DNA of 63,405 nucleotides, the filler included, from Octopus bimaculoides (lineage: Eukaryota), in the NCBI RefSeq assembly GCF_001194135.2. It is 8 parts of 7 records of this genome, joined end to end, with 100 filler letters (N's around TTAATTAATTAA, not from the genome) between each part and the next. Parts side by side here need not be neighbours in the genome. Positions count along the whole stretch, not along the records: positions 12,034 to 25,169 come from NC_069001.1; positions 25,270 to 39,553 come from NC_068993.1; 6 more parts are not named here. One strand, 5' to 3'. The translations under genes and the position numbers were made by a program. Shown piece by piece: positions 23,801-37,946 of the stretch. Every line of letters begins with the position of its first letter. The first letter of the stretch is position 1. The notes beneath the pieces were generated by a model. It was not told the DNA's origin. It was given only the letters and a program-made list of their open reading frames with translations, and ran no database searches.

Positions 23801-24992
23801 ATTATTATTATTATTATTATTATTATTCTGTTTCGTCTGAGGATGTAATACGACTTCTGGAGAATAAAATCAATGCCAACCAGTTCTGAGCACAACTCTA
23901 ATGTCATTTGTGAGACAATTGACTGTAAAATCTATGGAAGGAAATCGAAGTAATAATCTATTTATTTAAGTCTCGATGTTTATGTTTATATTCAATTATT
24001 AAATACGATTTTAAAAGAAATTATCTATTTCGTGGTTTTCTATGAACTTCTAACAAGTTTAATCTGGAAGTCTCACCGTACTTCCAGTATGTATGTGTGT
24101 ATGCATGTATTATGTTTGAATGTATGCATTATCTATGTATGTATGAGTGTATATGTATATACGTGTGTGTGTGTTTGTGTGCATGTGCGTGTGCTTATGC
24201 ATATCTGTATAAGCACATACACATGCATGTATATATGTATGTGTCATTGTGCGTGTATATATATGCATTTAAATATTGTATACATACATATATATGTATG
24301 CATATACTTGAGTGTGTATGTATATACTTTGTATTAATCTTGATCTATCATATAAATGGTTTCCAGCCGTGACCATCACGTTTTCTTCCTATGTGTAGAC
24401 AGTCCAAGACCATATCTTTTAACATATCACTTCCTGAAACGGATGGAATGGAATTTGAGGGAAATTTGGCTGCTATTTCTAAGGTTGAGTGACAACGTAA
24501 AGGTTTCAAGTTTCATGAACGAAGATGGCTGCAGGGAGAAAATGGTTTACGACTTTAACATCTAGGATGGATAATCCCTCTAAATCTCTTACTTTCAAAT
24601 CCCATAATGCTTAAAGACTATGCTCTATGCACCAATTTCTCTGCCAAGGAGTGTACAAGAGAATGCTGGGGTATTTACCCATCGTGTGCCATTCAGTGGA
24701 ACCAGAAAATGAGTCACATTTGTTTCCTTCTTTTATGCGGTCTCTTTTTTTAAAATGCCTGTTAGTCTTCAATATAAACAATCATATTATTCTTCTGATA
24801 TTCCTGAAAATTCCAAGACATTGGCACCATGTATTTCTTCTGCCCAATCTCATAGATACTGGTTCGGCACCGGGTGGGATTTATTTGTCGTCTGCTTCTT
24901 CCCCTGAAACCGGAAGTATTAAGCGGCAGTAATCACATCGATGGCAAAACATTTGACGGGAAACATTTTGCATTCTATATATAGTACACCGC

Positions 24993-25037
<45 letters not shown>

Positions 25038-25779
25038 TAAATGAAAGACGGAAGATGGAATGTACGAGAATTATTATTAATCTCAACAATTGTTAAGTCT
25101 GCCACATAGGAACGTTGGTAGCCTTTTTAAGCCACCAATCAAGAATATTTATCCATCAGTTCAGTGTTGNNNNNNNNNNNNNNNNNNNNNNNNNNNNNNN
25201 NNNNNNNNNNNNNTTAATTAATTAANNNNNNNNNNNNNNNNNNNNNNNNNNNNNNNNNNNNNNNNNNNNTATATATATATACACACACACATATATATAT
25301 ATATATATAGATATATATATATATATATATGCATATATATATATGCATGTATGAACGTACTTATGTATGTATGCATGTATGTATGTATGTATGTATGTAT
25401 GTATATAACTTTGCGTTATATACCACTGGATTCTGAGTCGGCAATTGCAAACTAGTGTTAATCTTCGGCTGGTGAAGGCTGTGTGAAAGGCTGATGCCTG
25501 AATTGATATGAAGCAGGATCGAACCCAAAGCATGCAATTTAGAAAGTTGTTAAACGAATCAACTGTGTAGCCTGCTACACACGCACGCACACATAAAATA
25601 TTACTCACGCACACACGGATATAGAAATATGTATTCATAAGCATGTAGAACCTTGTACCTGAATCACTTTCTACTTATATGCATGTAATAACTATATATA
25701 CGTTCTTTGTATACGTTAATATTGACTATTTACACTCATCTGCTATCCTCTCATGATGTCTATGACATTATTTCAATCA

Positions 25780-25862
<83 letters not shown>

Positions 25863-26054
25863 CATACATATATATACATATATATGTGTGTGTGTGTATG
25901 TATATATATATAAATATATATGTATACACTCACACATATATGTCAGTATTTATATATATATCAATGTAACTACCTATCCTTTTATATGCATATATATGCG
26001 TACAAACACACCATCATGTATGTGTATATATATGTATATACATACATACATAAA

Positions 26055-26105
<51 letters not shown>

Positions 26106-27238
26106 ATATATACATATATATATATATATTTATATACATACATATATACATATATAATACATACATGACTGTGTATATGTACGCATGAACATGTATGTAT
26201 GTATATGGTTGTGTGGAGGAGAGGTTGCATTCTGTATTAATCAATGTATGGATGTATTAAAGTTTATATGTATTCTACACAAACACACAGACACATTCAT
26301 ATACACACACGGACACATATACCATTTGAACATCTGCCAATTTGAATATGTATATGTATGTATATATAAATATATATGTGTTTATATATACTTCAAAATT
26401 AACTGCTCGCCATATATTTTACAGTTGATGTGCGTGTATGTTGTGTGTATCTGTGTACTTACGTGTATATATATACGTGTGTGTATATATGTTTCCACGA
26501 TAGTGAATTATGGTTACTATTCCAGCTAATGTCTGTGTGTCTGCGTGAATAAGTCTACATTATTCTCCACGGGTACCTGTGCGGGTGTATATCTCTGGGG
26601 CGAGTATATGTGCACGTGTAAGCAAATTGCTAATCACATGTGTATATATGCCACACGCACGTAGCCCATATACGCACGTGTTGATTGATGTATCTGAGTA
26701 TATATATATATATATATATATATATNNNNNNNNNNNNNNNNNNNNNNNNNNNNNNNNNNNNNNNNNNNNNNNNNNNNNNNNNNNNNNNNNNNNNNNNNNN
26801 NNNNNNNNNNNNNNNNNNNNNNNNNNNNNNNNNNNNNNNNNNNNNNNNNNNNNNNNNNNNNNNNNNNNNNNNNNNNNNNNNNNNNNNNNNNNNNNNNNNN
26901 NNNNNNNNNNNNNNNNNNNNNNNNNNNNNNNNNNNNNNNNNNNNNNNNNNNNNNNNNNNNNNNNNNNNNNNTATATATATATATATATATGTATGTACGT
27001 TTGTCTGTATATATACCCCAGAGTATAAAGTGGTGGAGTTTATATTTGTCTACATTAAGCATTGCGACATACATAGAGAATGTATGACAGAGGGTCACGT
27101 GTATGTGTGGATATTTGTGTTTGTGTATAAGGGCCTATGTGTGACGGTATGTAAGAATGTTCATAGACATTCTGTCTATGTATATATCTATTCGCACACG
27201 CACACATACATACGCACACACACATACACACACACACA

Positions 27239-27343
<105 letters not shown>

Positions 27344-27400
27344 GTGCATATATATACATATATATATAAGTGCATATATATACATATATTATTATTATTA

Positions 27401-27435
<35 letters not shown>

Positions 27436-28051
27436 CACATACGTATAGATAGATAGAAAGATAGATATAGATATACATACGCATATATATATATATATAT
27501 ATGTACGTATATATAGTTATATGCCTATACATATATGTGCATATATATGTGTATATATATATACGTTTACATGGACATTGGCATATATATACACCCTTGT
27601 ATACACATACCTGTATACACATACCTGTATAAACATACACTCACACACACACAGACAGGCAGAGGTTCTTACATATGGCATATGAGCCAGAGTTACACTC
27701 CTTCAATTAGCTTCAGAAATAGCTGTGTATTCCGTAGACATGTGTATCCTTAACCTAAATATCAAAGAAAACCAGTGTGACATGCTGTGTCAAGGATGGA
27801 TCTTTGAATTACGGGTACATCCATTCGTGGGGTGTCTACTGGTTTCCAGTTAAACCCAGATTTATAAAGAAGACTTGATTTGAACCAAAGTTATGATAAT
27901 AGATAAACTAGGCAAGTTGCCATGCTGTAGAATCGAACCTCTAGCTTCATTTTTGTCAAATGTACGTCTCCAAAATTCGGCCATATATTTCCACACACAC
28001 ACACACATACATACATGCATATACAAAAACACACATATGTATATGTAAACG

Positions 28052-28114
<63 letters not shown>

Positions 28115-28724
28115 GCATATGTATAAACATATATATATATACATATTTATATATACTTATATATATACAAATATATGTCTATACATATATATAAATATAT
28201 ACATGTTTATATATATATATCTATGTAAATATATATGTGTCTATATGCATATTTACGCTTGTATATATGTTATATACACATAAGTGAATACATATATATG
28301 CATATATACATATGCATGCACATATATATATACTCATACAGATATGTGCATATGCTTATAATATATATATATATATATACGCTTAATATATATTATATAT
28401 ATTTATGTTCTATATATATACATACATACCTATATGAAAATATACATATATACATATACATATACATACTTGCCTACATGCATACCAACACACACACATA
28501 CTCACACATATCTATATATTTGGAAATATTCATAGGAAACGGTGTATATATATATCTATATACAACCTAAACAAGCCAGATCATTTAGGATGTAGTTTAC
28601 GAAAAGTTATTGATGCTTAGCGAAAGTAATTACAATGATTCCCAAAATTAATATATGTCATTCTTTTTATCCCATTACAGTCTCGTTCAATACTAATTTC
28701 TCTTTGAATATTTCAATCTCACCA

Positions 28725-28755
<31 letters not shown>

Positions 28756-28944
28756 TGTATGTGTGTATGTATGTATGTATGCATGTATGTATGTATGCAT
28801 TTATGTATGTATGTATGTATGTATGTATGCATGTATGTATGTATGTATGTATGTATGTATTTGGTAAGACATGTATGAATATTAAAGCGTGCATATGCAT
28901 ATATATATATAAGTATATATATACACACATATACATATATACAC

Positions 28945-29005
<61 letters not shown>

Positions 29006-29304
29006 CATATATACTCACAGAGGGAGAGAGGGAAAGAAATACAAAGATATATATATATATATATATATATAAGTATATACATATATACATATATGTGTGT
29101 GCGAGTGCGTGTGTGTATGCGTACATACAAGGATACATATATTTGTTTTAAATACATGCACGCAGGTACACAGAAACACATACATCTATATACACTTACT
29201 CACAAACAAATGACACACATGCATGCACACATACGTACACATACATACACAAAAACAAAATCGACATTCAATTCAATTAATTTTCAGCCTATATCTAGAT
29301 TTGA

Positions 29305-29359
<55 letters not shown>

Positions 29360-29685
29360 GTCTGTCTGTCTATATATATATATATATATATATATCTTTA
29401 TGCCAATTNNNNNNNNNNNNNNNNNNNNNNNNNNNNNNNNNNNNNNNNNNNNNNNNNNNNNNNNNNNNNNNNNNNNNNNNNNNNNNNNNNNNNNNNNNNN
29501 NNNNNNNNNNNNNNNNNNNNNNNNNNNNNNNNNNNNNNNNNNNNNNNNNNNNNNNNNNNNNNNNNNNNNNNNNNNNNNNNNNNNNTATATATATATACAT
29601 ATCTATCACTGTATATTTTCTTATAAAGAATTATCTTAAAAATAGTTTTATGTGTGCTGGGAATAGAAATATATATTTACGAAAC

Positions 29686-29762
29686 ATGTCAGACAGTCAG
29701 AAGCAAGGTGACAGCAAACATGGGTTCGATTCCTCGTTGGCTTTATTTATTTTCTTAGTTCT
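29686..29762 (+). CDS. Candidate coding exon (unverified), MSDSQKQGDSKHGFDSSLALFIFLV(L), phase-2 donor
   Basis: aacATG at 29686, 25 open codons plus 2 nt, then GTAAGT at 29763. The frame is also open upstream (in-frame ATG at 29650). Caveat: it contains a B-box-like ggttcgattcc. No homology recognised. Confidence 0.3.
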
Positions 29763-30113
29763 GTAAGTATTTCTTATACATGCAGTTACTCATCCACACC
29801 CAGATATCCACACGTGTATATATTCCTGTATATCTTTACATATCTGTATGATCACACACACATGTTTATGAGTATGTGCGTGTGTGTGTGTTCGTATATA
29901 TATATATATATATATATATCCATATATATATGCACATATAATTTAATTGTCATTATATTTTGAGTGACAAATGATACAGTCCAATTGCTGAGGGAAGTGA
30001 ACGTCCACATGAGACACCATGGATTGTATATAATGCATATAATCCAGTCTCCGTGGAATATGTGTATATATACATATGTATATATATACTTATAATATAT
30101 ACATACACACACA

Positions 30114-30183
<70 letters not shown>

Positions 30184-30604
30184 CGAAATAAATATACATT
30201 TGTTATATATATATATATATATATATATACGCATGCATATACATACACAGGTGCAAACACATATGTATGCACATTAGGGCGTGCATATATAGACACACAC
30301 ACCATCATTCAAACAATTTTTGTAATGCTAATCTAGACTTGAATTATGTATCTGTTCTGTTATGATTCTGTCTTTCTCTACATTTAAATCTATCTATTTG
30401 CCCGACTGTCTGTCTGTCTGTCGGCCTGGCTGTCTGTCTGTCTGTCGTCCTGTCAGTCTGTCTGTCTGATTATCTATCTAGCCTTGCATCTACCAATCTA
30501 TCTGAATGTGTCAGTCCGTTTGTCTACCTGTCTGCCTATTTGCGTGTATATATATATATATATGTGGCTGCTACACACACTTGATGTATGCGTGTAAAAA
30601 CACG

Positions 30605-30651
<47 letters not shown>

Positions 30652-31419
30652 GTGCGTGTGTGCGTGCGTATGTATGTGTGCGTTCGAACGCACATACATA
30701 TGGATAGACAAACATGGAAACGGACAGACAAGCAGGCATCCTTTATATATATATATATATNNNNNNNNNNNNNNNNNNNNNNNNNNNNNNNNNNNNNNNN
30801 NNNNNNNNNNNNNNNNNNNNNNNNNNNNNNNNNNNNNNNNNNNNNNNNNNNNNNNNNNNNNNNNNNNNNNNNNNNNNNNNNNNNNNNNNNNNNNNNNNNN
30901 NNNNNNNNNNNNNNNNNNNNNNNNNNNNNNNNNNNNNNNNNNNNNNNNNNNNNNNNNNNNNNNNNNNNNNNNNNNNNNNNNNNNNNNNNNNNNNNNNNNN
31001 NNNNNNNNNNNNNNNNNNNNNNNNNNNNNNNNNNNNNNNNNNNNNNNNNNNNNNNNNNNNNNNNNNNNNNNNNNNNNNNNNNNNNNNNNNNNNNNNNNNN
31101 NNNNNNNNNNNNNNNNNNNNNNNNNNNNNNNNNNNNNNNNNNNNNNNNNNNNNNNNNNNNNNNNNNNNNNNNNNNNNNNNNNNNNNNNNNNNNNNNNNNN
31201 NNNNNNNNNNNNNNNNNNNNNNNNNNNNNNNNNNNNNNNNNNNNNNNNNNNNNNNNNNNNNNNNNNNNNNNNNNNNNNNNNNNNNNNNNNNNNNNNNNNN
31301 NNNNNNNNNNNNNNNNNNNNNNNNNNNNNNNNNNNNNNNNNNNNNNNNNNNNNNNNNNNNNNNNNNNNNNNNNNNNNNNNNNNNNNNNNNNNNNNNNNNN
31401 NNNTATATATATATATATA

Positions 31420-31583
31420 TATATATATGACGGGCTTCTTTCAGTTTCCGTCTACCAAATCAACTCAGAAGGCTCTAGTCGGCCCGAGTCTATAGTAGAA
31501 GACACTTGCCGAAGGTACCACGCAGTTGTACTGATCCTGGAACCATGTGGTTGGTAAGTAAGCTACTTACCACACAGCCAGCC
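31420..31583 (-). mobile_element. SINE family B, 5' half
   Basis: gacgggcttctttcagtttccgtctacc...gctacttaccacacagcc. Confidence 0.85.
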
Positions 31584-31967
31584 GTGCACCTATATATATA
31601 TATACCAATACATATGTACACTTATACATATGTATTCCCATATATGTCTGTATGTATCTATCTATATCTATCTATATATATATATATATCTATGTATATA
31701 TATATATATATATATATACATATATATGCATATATGTATATATATGTATGTATATATGTATGTATGAATGTATGTATGAATGTATGTATGAATTTATCTA
31801 TACATGTGTATGCAAGTGTGTGTGTGTTTGTGTGTGTGTGTGCGTGTGTATGCGTGTGTATGTGTGTGTATGTGTATATCTGTGCGCTTGCGGAAGTTTA
31901 TGTGTGTGTGCGAATGTATCTTTTCTTGTGTATATTTATACGCACATATTTTTACGCATTCTGTGTA

Positions 31968-32007
<40 letters not shown>

Positions 32008-32872
32008 CGTTCATTCTTGTGTGCCTCTGTGTGTTTGTGTGTGTGTGTGTGTGTATGTGTGTGTGTGTAAGCGTGTGTGTGCGCGCGCGCTTTTTGAAAA
32101 CGCATTGCGTATAATTCTCGATATTTTCATTATACTCATTCATCCTTGTCTCTTTTGTGTATGTGCATTAGTGTGCGCGTGTATGCTTATGTACGTGTGT
32201 GTATGGGTGTATATATGTGTATATGTGTACGTGCATGTAAGTTCGTGTACGTGTGCGTGTGTGTGTGTGTGTGTGTGTGACTGGGTGAGTTTGGCTGAGT
32301 GCTTCTAAACGCATAATTCCTGGGACAATTGTTCATTGTGTCCATAAATATTGCAGATTCTATTACTGAGAAGGGGATCCCAAATTTGATCACATCATCT
32401 TCTATTTTTAAATTTCTGTTTTTGTCTTATGTACTCTGAATATGTTTCAGTGAGATCGTTAAATGTATAATGTGGGGGCATTTGACTATCGTTTCTAGTA
32501 TGTCAATGTGGCTGCTGCTCTAAGCAGGTCACGATTACTAAAAGACCCTGCCGCTGGTTTACGTGAATATCTGTTAGCGTAAGAGTGTATTTGCATGTAA
32601 TTGCGTGCATGTGTGCGTGTCGGTGTTTGTGTGTGTGTGTGTGTGTCTGTGCGTTTGTGTCGTCGCTTCTAATGTAATATATATATGTGATGGATCACAA
32701 CTCCGTCACACATACACGCACATACATACATATACACACATACACAACACTCACGCTTGTAACCACGTACAAGTCCACAGAAATGGCTCTCCATGACTGT
32801 GCCACTATTAGTAATGGTAGCCAAATCTAACGCGAATTTTACTCTTACTAACGTCTAGAAAGATGACGGACA

Positions 32873-33092
32873 TAGAAGAGGGCGCTGAAAAGTTCTCGGC
32901 TTTAGGTAAATGAAAATCTCGGAGGATCAGTTAATCATGGTTTTATTCAAGATATTCCCTTGTCAGATTCAAACATTTATTGCAGCGGTCTTTCAGTTTT
33001 TCTAATCCCTCTAAAAGAACTCGGAAATTTGGACCTCCAATCAGGCCCTTCGCGAAACATTTAAAGCCAGAAACTTTTCAGCACCCTTGATA
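32873..33092 (-). mobile_element. Second mariner-derived MITE family
   Basis: Imperfect TIRs: agggcgctgaaaagttctcggcttta versus the reverse complement of taaagccagaaacttttcagcaccctt, with TA at both ends. The interior encodes FFLEGLEKLKDRCNKCLNLTREYLE* (mariner C-terminus). Confidence 0.85.
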
Positions 33093-33587
33093 CACTATAA
33101 CAGGTTTGACCACGATGACATACCATTGACCATAACGATTAGCTGATTCAAGGACATTAAATATAACAACGATACGTATGTATGCCCTTTACGCACATGC
33201 GCCTACACACGCAGGTTCACATACATCTTCACACACAGATTCGCATATATGTTCCCTATTTGCTCAATTAACGTGTAATTTAGAGTATTCCAGTGTTTGA
33301 TGCATGTGTGTACAGGCACACGTGAGTGTGTATGTGAGTGTTTGTGCGTGTGTGTTTGTGCATGTATATATACATATACATATATAAGATATGCATATAT
33401 ACATGTGCATATCTGTGTATGCATTCGTATGTGCACATGTATATATGCAATCATGTATGTGTTGTGTGTGTATGGGTGAATGCTTGTATGTAGCTCTGAT
33501 ATATGTGTGTGTGTATTTATATACATTTATAAATATATGCATACATAAATATATTGTATAGATATACATGTATATATTGTGTATACG

Positions 33588-33632
<45 letters not shown>

Positions 33633-35422
33633 NNNNNNNNNNNNNNNNNNNNNNNNNNNNNNNNNNNNNNNNNNNNNNNNNNNNNNNNNNNNNNNNNNNN
33701 NNNNNNNNNNNNNNNNNNNNNNNNNNNNNNNNNNNNNNNNNNNNNNNNNNNNNNNNNNNNNNNNNNNNNNNNNNNNNNNNNNNNNNNNNNNNNNNNNNNN
33801 NNNNNNNNNNNNNNNNNNNNNNNNNNNNNNNNNNNNNNNNNNNNNNNNNNNNNNNNNNNNNNNNNNNNNNNNNNNNNNNNNNNNNNNNNNNNNNNNNNNN
33901 NNNNNNNNNNNNNNNNNNNNNNNNNNNNNNNNNNNNNNNNNNNNNNNNNNNNNNNNNNNNNNNNGAAAACTACACTAAATATATCTAATTTTTATTTTTA
34001 GAAAGGTCATGAATGACTCCGACTCTCCTATGAGCATTTCCTTGTAAATATAACTCGTGCACACACACACACAGACACTTATATATACACACATAAACAA
34101 CAGTATATTCATATGTACATACGTACATACATGCATAAAATACATTTTTATATTTCATTCTGATTAACTAGGAAGTTTTATTTCTGCAATCAGAAATTCT
34201 CGATTTCAATTGATCTGCACGGTATCTTAAGCATAGAGTTGGATGGAATCCATTTTTGTACGGAAGTTACCTGTCGATATCTTAGTCAAGAGGGCAAGTC
34301 AGTACCAAAGCATTTTCGAAGGGGCTCTGAGGAGCTGTGAGGTGAAGTCAGCAATGTATACGCAAGCCGGTGCTCTGGATAAAATGTTTACAACAGAGTG
34401 ATCTTCGCTAATGGTACTGGAGATGTTGAAAGGGAATATTAAATTGAACGACCAACTTAATCTATCGCCCATGCACGTTACGGCGAGATTTGAAATCAGA
34501 ATGCGAACACCCGAGAGCAAGTCGGTAAGGTACCATGTCGATCACTAAATGGTTCTGCCAGCCCACCAGCCTTGATTGACCCAGTAATTTATCTATCGAA
34601 GTGGAATGAGGAACGGCAAAGATGCAACGTTAGTTATTGAAATTAGAACGTACCATGTGTGTGTGTATAAATAAAAACGAAACCAATTAGTAATATTTCA
34701 ACTGCATTCAATGCATTAATACGTACGTTTCAAGTGGTTACCTAACAGGTTGTTGAACCGATTCTATTGTCTTCAGTCGGTATAAAAGTAATAATTATGT
34801 ACACACACATTTACACACACACACATACATATACATATATGTACATATTTGCATGCATTCAGAAACCATAACTATGTTTTTCTTCTGTTTTTGGGACATG
34901 TCTAAGCGTATCTTCTGCAAAATATAACAAATAAGTTGCTAATGACACTTATTGAGGAGAAACATGTCTATATCATTCATCTTGTCTTCAGACAATCAGG
35001 CTTATTTGTCATTCCTGGATCGTTAAACTCTGCAGAAATTTTGATTCTTCAGATTACCTCCATTTCTTATTTGGATTTAATGCAATTTACCAGTTAGCGA
35101 ATAGTCTACCCACTCTAAAATTAGAGAAGGAGAGACCATTTAAATAAAGTATATATCTAAATCTTATGTAATTTNNNNNNNNNNNNNNNNNNNNNNNNNN
35201 NNNNNNNNNNNNNNNNNNNNNNNNNNNNNNNNNNNNNNNNNNNNNNNNNNNNNNNNNNNNNNNNNNNNNNNNNNNNNNNNNNNNNNNNNNNNNNNNNNNN
35301 NNNNNNNNNNNNNNNNNNNNNNNNNNNNNNNNNNNNNNNNNNNNNNNNNNNNNNNNNNNNNNNNNNNNNNNNNNNNNNNNNNNNNNNNNNNNNNNNNNNN
35401 NNNNNNNNNNNNNNNNNNNNNN

Positions 35423-35472
<50 letters not shown>

Positions 35473-36330
35473 ACATGCCCTAATGTTTGCGAAGCACAAT
35501 GCACAATCTACTGCGTGCTACTGTCATTCGTGATAGGTGAAGTCAGATCGAAGTCTTATTGAGTAGAATTGGGTAGACGTTAACTATCTGGTTAGAGCAT
35601 TGTCTCAATTGTTCTTATATTTCGAAGGTCTAGCAGTGACACTTACAGTATCAGACTGATTGTGGAATATTCAGCCATTTATTTACTGATTAAGTGAACA
35701 GGTAATTAAGTGGATGGATCAACCGAATACGCATTGTCGAAACCGACACAGATTCATACACACACACACGTGCGCTCGCATGTGTGTGTGTATGTGTGTG
35801 TAGTTATCACATACTATACAGTCTGATAATACGATAGGATTATTGTGCCTCAGAATTGCTTCAATTATAAGTCTGCTAATGCACACTTCATTTGAGATTA
35901 TCCAACACCAACTACGACAACAAACGCCCATAGATTTGGGTCTATTTTTGAGAACACAGATTTTACTTTGTAAAAAAAATCTGACAGCATAACGTTTTAC
36001 AATGGAGTAGTATCTTCGAGAATTACTTCGGTTCGATCAAACGTTGGGAATAAAAAATGGCGGACGGAAACTGTTGAAGCTATCTGAGACAACGTAGTTC
36101 AGTTCAGTTCAGTTCTTGGGCAAAATCCCTCTCCACTTAATCATCTAAACTGGTGATTAAATGTTCCTGGATATTAGACAACTTTTCTTTCGTCTAACAC
36201 GTAGACTTGTCCAAGAGCCCAATCTCACTTCCTTTCATTCTGTCCTCTCTTTCTTTCTNNNNNNNNNNCACACACACACACACACACACACACACTCTCT
36301 CACTTTCTCTACCTCTTCTTCTCTCTTCAG

Positions 36331-36439
36331 CGTCCATGCCTACATCGTGGTGGGTGATCATCGGGACAATCCTAGCGGCATTATTGGACGCCGCCAAGTC
36401 AATGCATTTGGTCGTTATCGACAGCTAGCCACGGATTAG
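36331..36439 (+). CDS. Candidate terminal coding exon (unverified), VHAYIVVGDHRDNPSGIIGRRQVNAFGRYRQLATD*
   Basis: Very strong acceptor ctctctcactttctctacctcttcttctctcttcag|, followed by a CpG-rich, high-complexity island. The alternative frame gives SMPTSWWVIIGTILAALLDAAKSMHLVVIDS*. No homology recognised. Confidence 0.35.
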
Positions 36440-36780
36440 ATAGACTAGAATTGATCTGCCAGGCATGTGATGACCTTGGGCAACTACTCAGTGTGCCCCG
36501 AATGGCACTGGTAGGTGATCATGGAACAGAAGGTTTCCTGCTCCCTTTTACGTAGAACGTTGATGGCTTGGTTGGTCACTCTGAGGTTAACTGGTAAAAC
36601 CATCGACTAACCTCTACCTGTCTTCCCCATCTCCTTTTCCCTCTTTCTTAACCACTGAAAGAGAAAGTCTCACGTACACATACACGCACGCCACTTATAG
36701 AGACACGCATACCGACAATGCAATCTACTAGATTAAATATTACTATAAAACTTCCGTATCTTGGAAGATTAAATATATAA

Positions 36781-36829
<49 letters not shown>

Positions 36830-37424
36830 NNNNNNNNNNNNNNNNNNNNNNNNNNNNNNNNNNNNNNNNNNNNNNNNNNNNNNNNNNNNNNNNNNNNNNN
36901 NNNNNNNNNNNNNNNNNNNNNNNNNNNNNNNNNNNNNNNNNNNNNNNNNNNNNNNNNNNNNNNNNNNNNNNNNNNNNNNNNNNNNNNNNNNNNNNNNNNN
37001 NNNNNNNNNNNNNNNNNNNNNNNNNNNNNNNNNNNNNNNNNNNNNNNNNNNNNNNNNNNNNNNNNNNNNNNNNNNNNNNNNNNNNNNNNNNNNNNNNNNN
37101 NNNNNNNNNNNNNNNNNNNNNNNNNNNNNNNNNNNNNNNNNNNNNNNNNNNNNNNNNNNNNNNNNNNNNNNNNNNNNNNNNNNNNNNNNNNNNNNNNNNN
37201 NNNNNNNNNNNNNNNNNNNNNNNNNNNNNNNNNNNNNNNNNNNNNNNNNNNNNNNNNNNNNNNNNNNNNNNNNNNNNNNNNNNNNNNNNNNNNNNTATAT
37301 ATATATATATATATATATATCACTCTCTCCGCACACACACACAAACACACATATATATATACATACATGCATATATACATGCATCTGTATATGTGTACAT
37401 GCATACAACATACATGTTGATTTT

Positions 37425-37610
37425 AAAATTTTGGTAGGGTTAAATCGATTGCATCGACTCCAGTGTTCAACTGGTACATACTTTATCGACCCCGAATAGG
37501 CAAAAGGTAAATCGACCTCAGCGGAAGTTGAACTCAGAACAAGAAGACAGATGAAGTGTCGTTAAGCATTTCGCTCGACGTGCATAGGATTCTGTTAGCT
37601 CGCCGCTTTA
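37425..37610 (-). mobile_element. SINE family A, degenerate
   Basis: ctggtacatactttatcgaccccgaa...ttgaactcagaac...gttagctcgccgc. Confidence 0.85.
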
Positions 37611-37764
37611 AGTACATAGATATTTGTAACCTATTTCAATAATTTAGTTTGATCTCTGATCTGCAGGTTCAGGAATAATTAGAAAGAATACAATTACACA
37701 GTGCACACATACATACTGTCACGTACACACGAATTGCCATATGTGTTTTTAGGGGTATCACAAA

Positions 37765-37946
37765 AGGTCTGGGTGGAGGCCCAAACTTCCGAGTTCTTAT
37801 ACAGGGCTTAGAAAAACTGAAGGACCGCTGCAATAAATGCGTGAATCTGAGAGGGGAACATGTTGAATAAAATCATAATTAACTGATCCTCCTGTATTTT
37901 TTTTTTTATTTTACCAAAAGCCTGAAACTTTTCAGTAACACACCGT
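37765..37946 (+). mobile_element. 3' half of the same MITE family as 32873-33092
   Basis: Encodes GLEKLKDRCNKCVNLRGEHVE* and ends in aaagcctgaaacttttcagtaacac (TIR). Confidence 0.8.

Noticed and set aside
24399-24483. Exon-like QSKTISFNISLPETDGMEFEGNLAAISK
   Set aside because: The acceptor lies at the tail of a dispersed repeat, the donor GTTGAG is weak, and neighbouring frames are stop-ridden.
28681-28728. 48-nt phase 1-1 exon VSFNTNFSLNISISPI
   Set aside because: The donor GTATGT is simply the start of a (TATG)n tract, and there is no other support.
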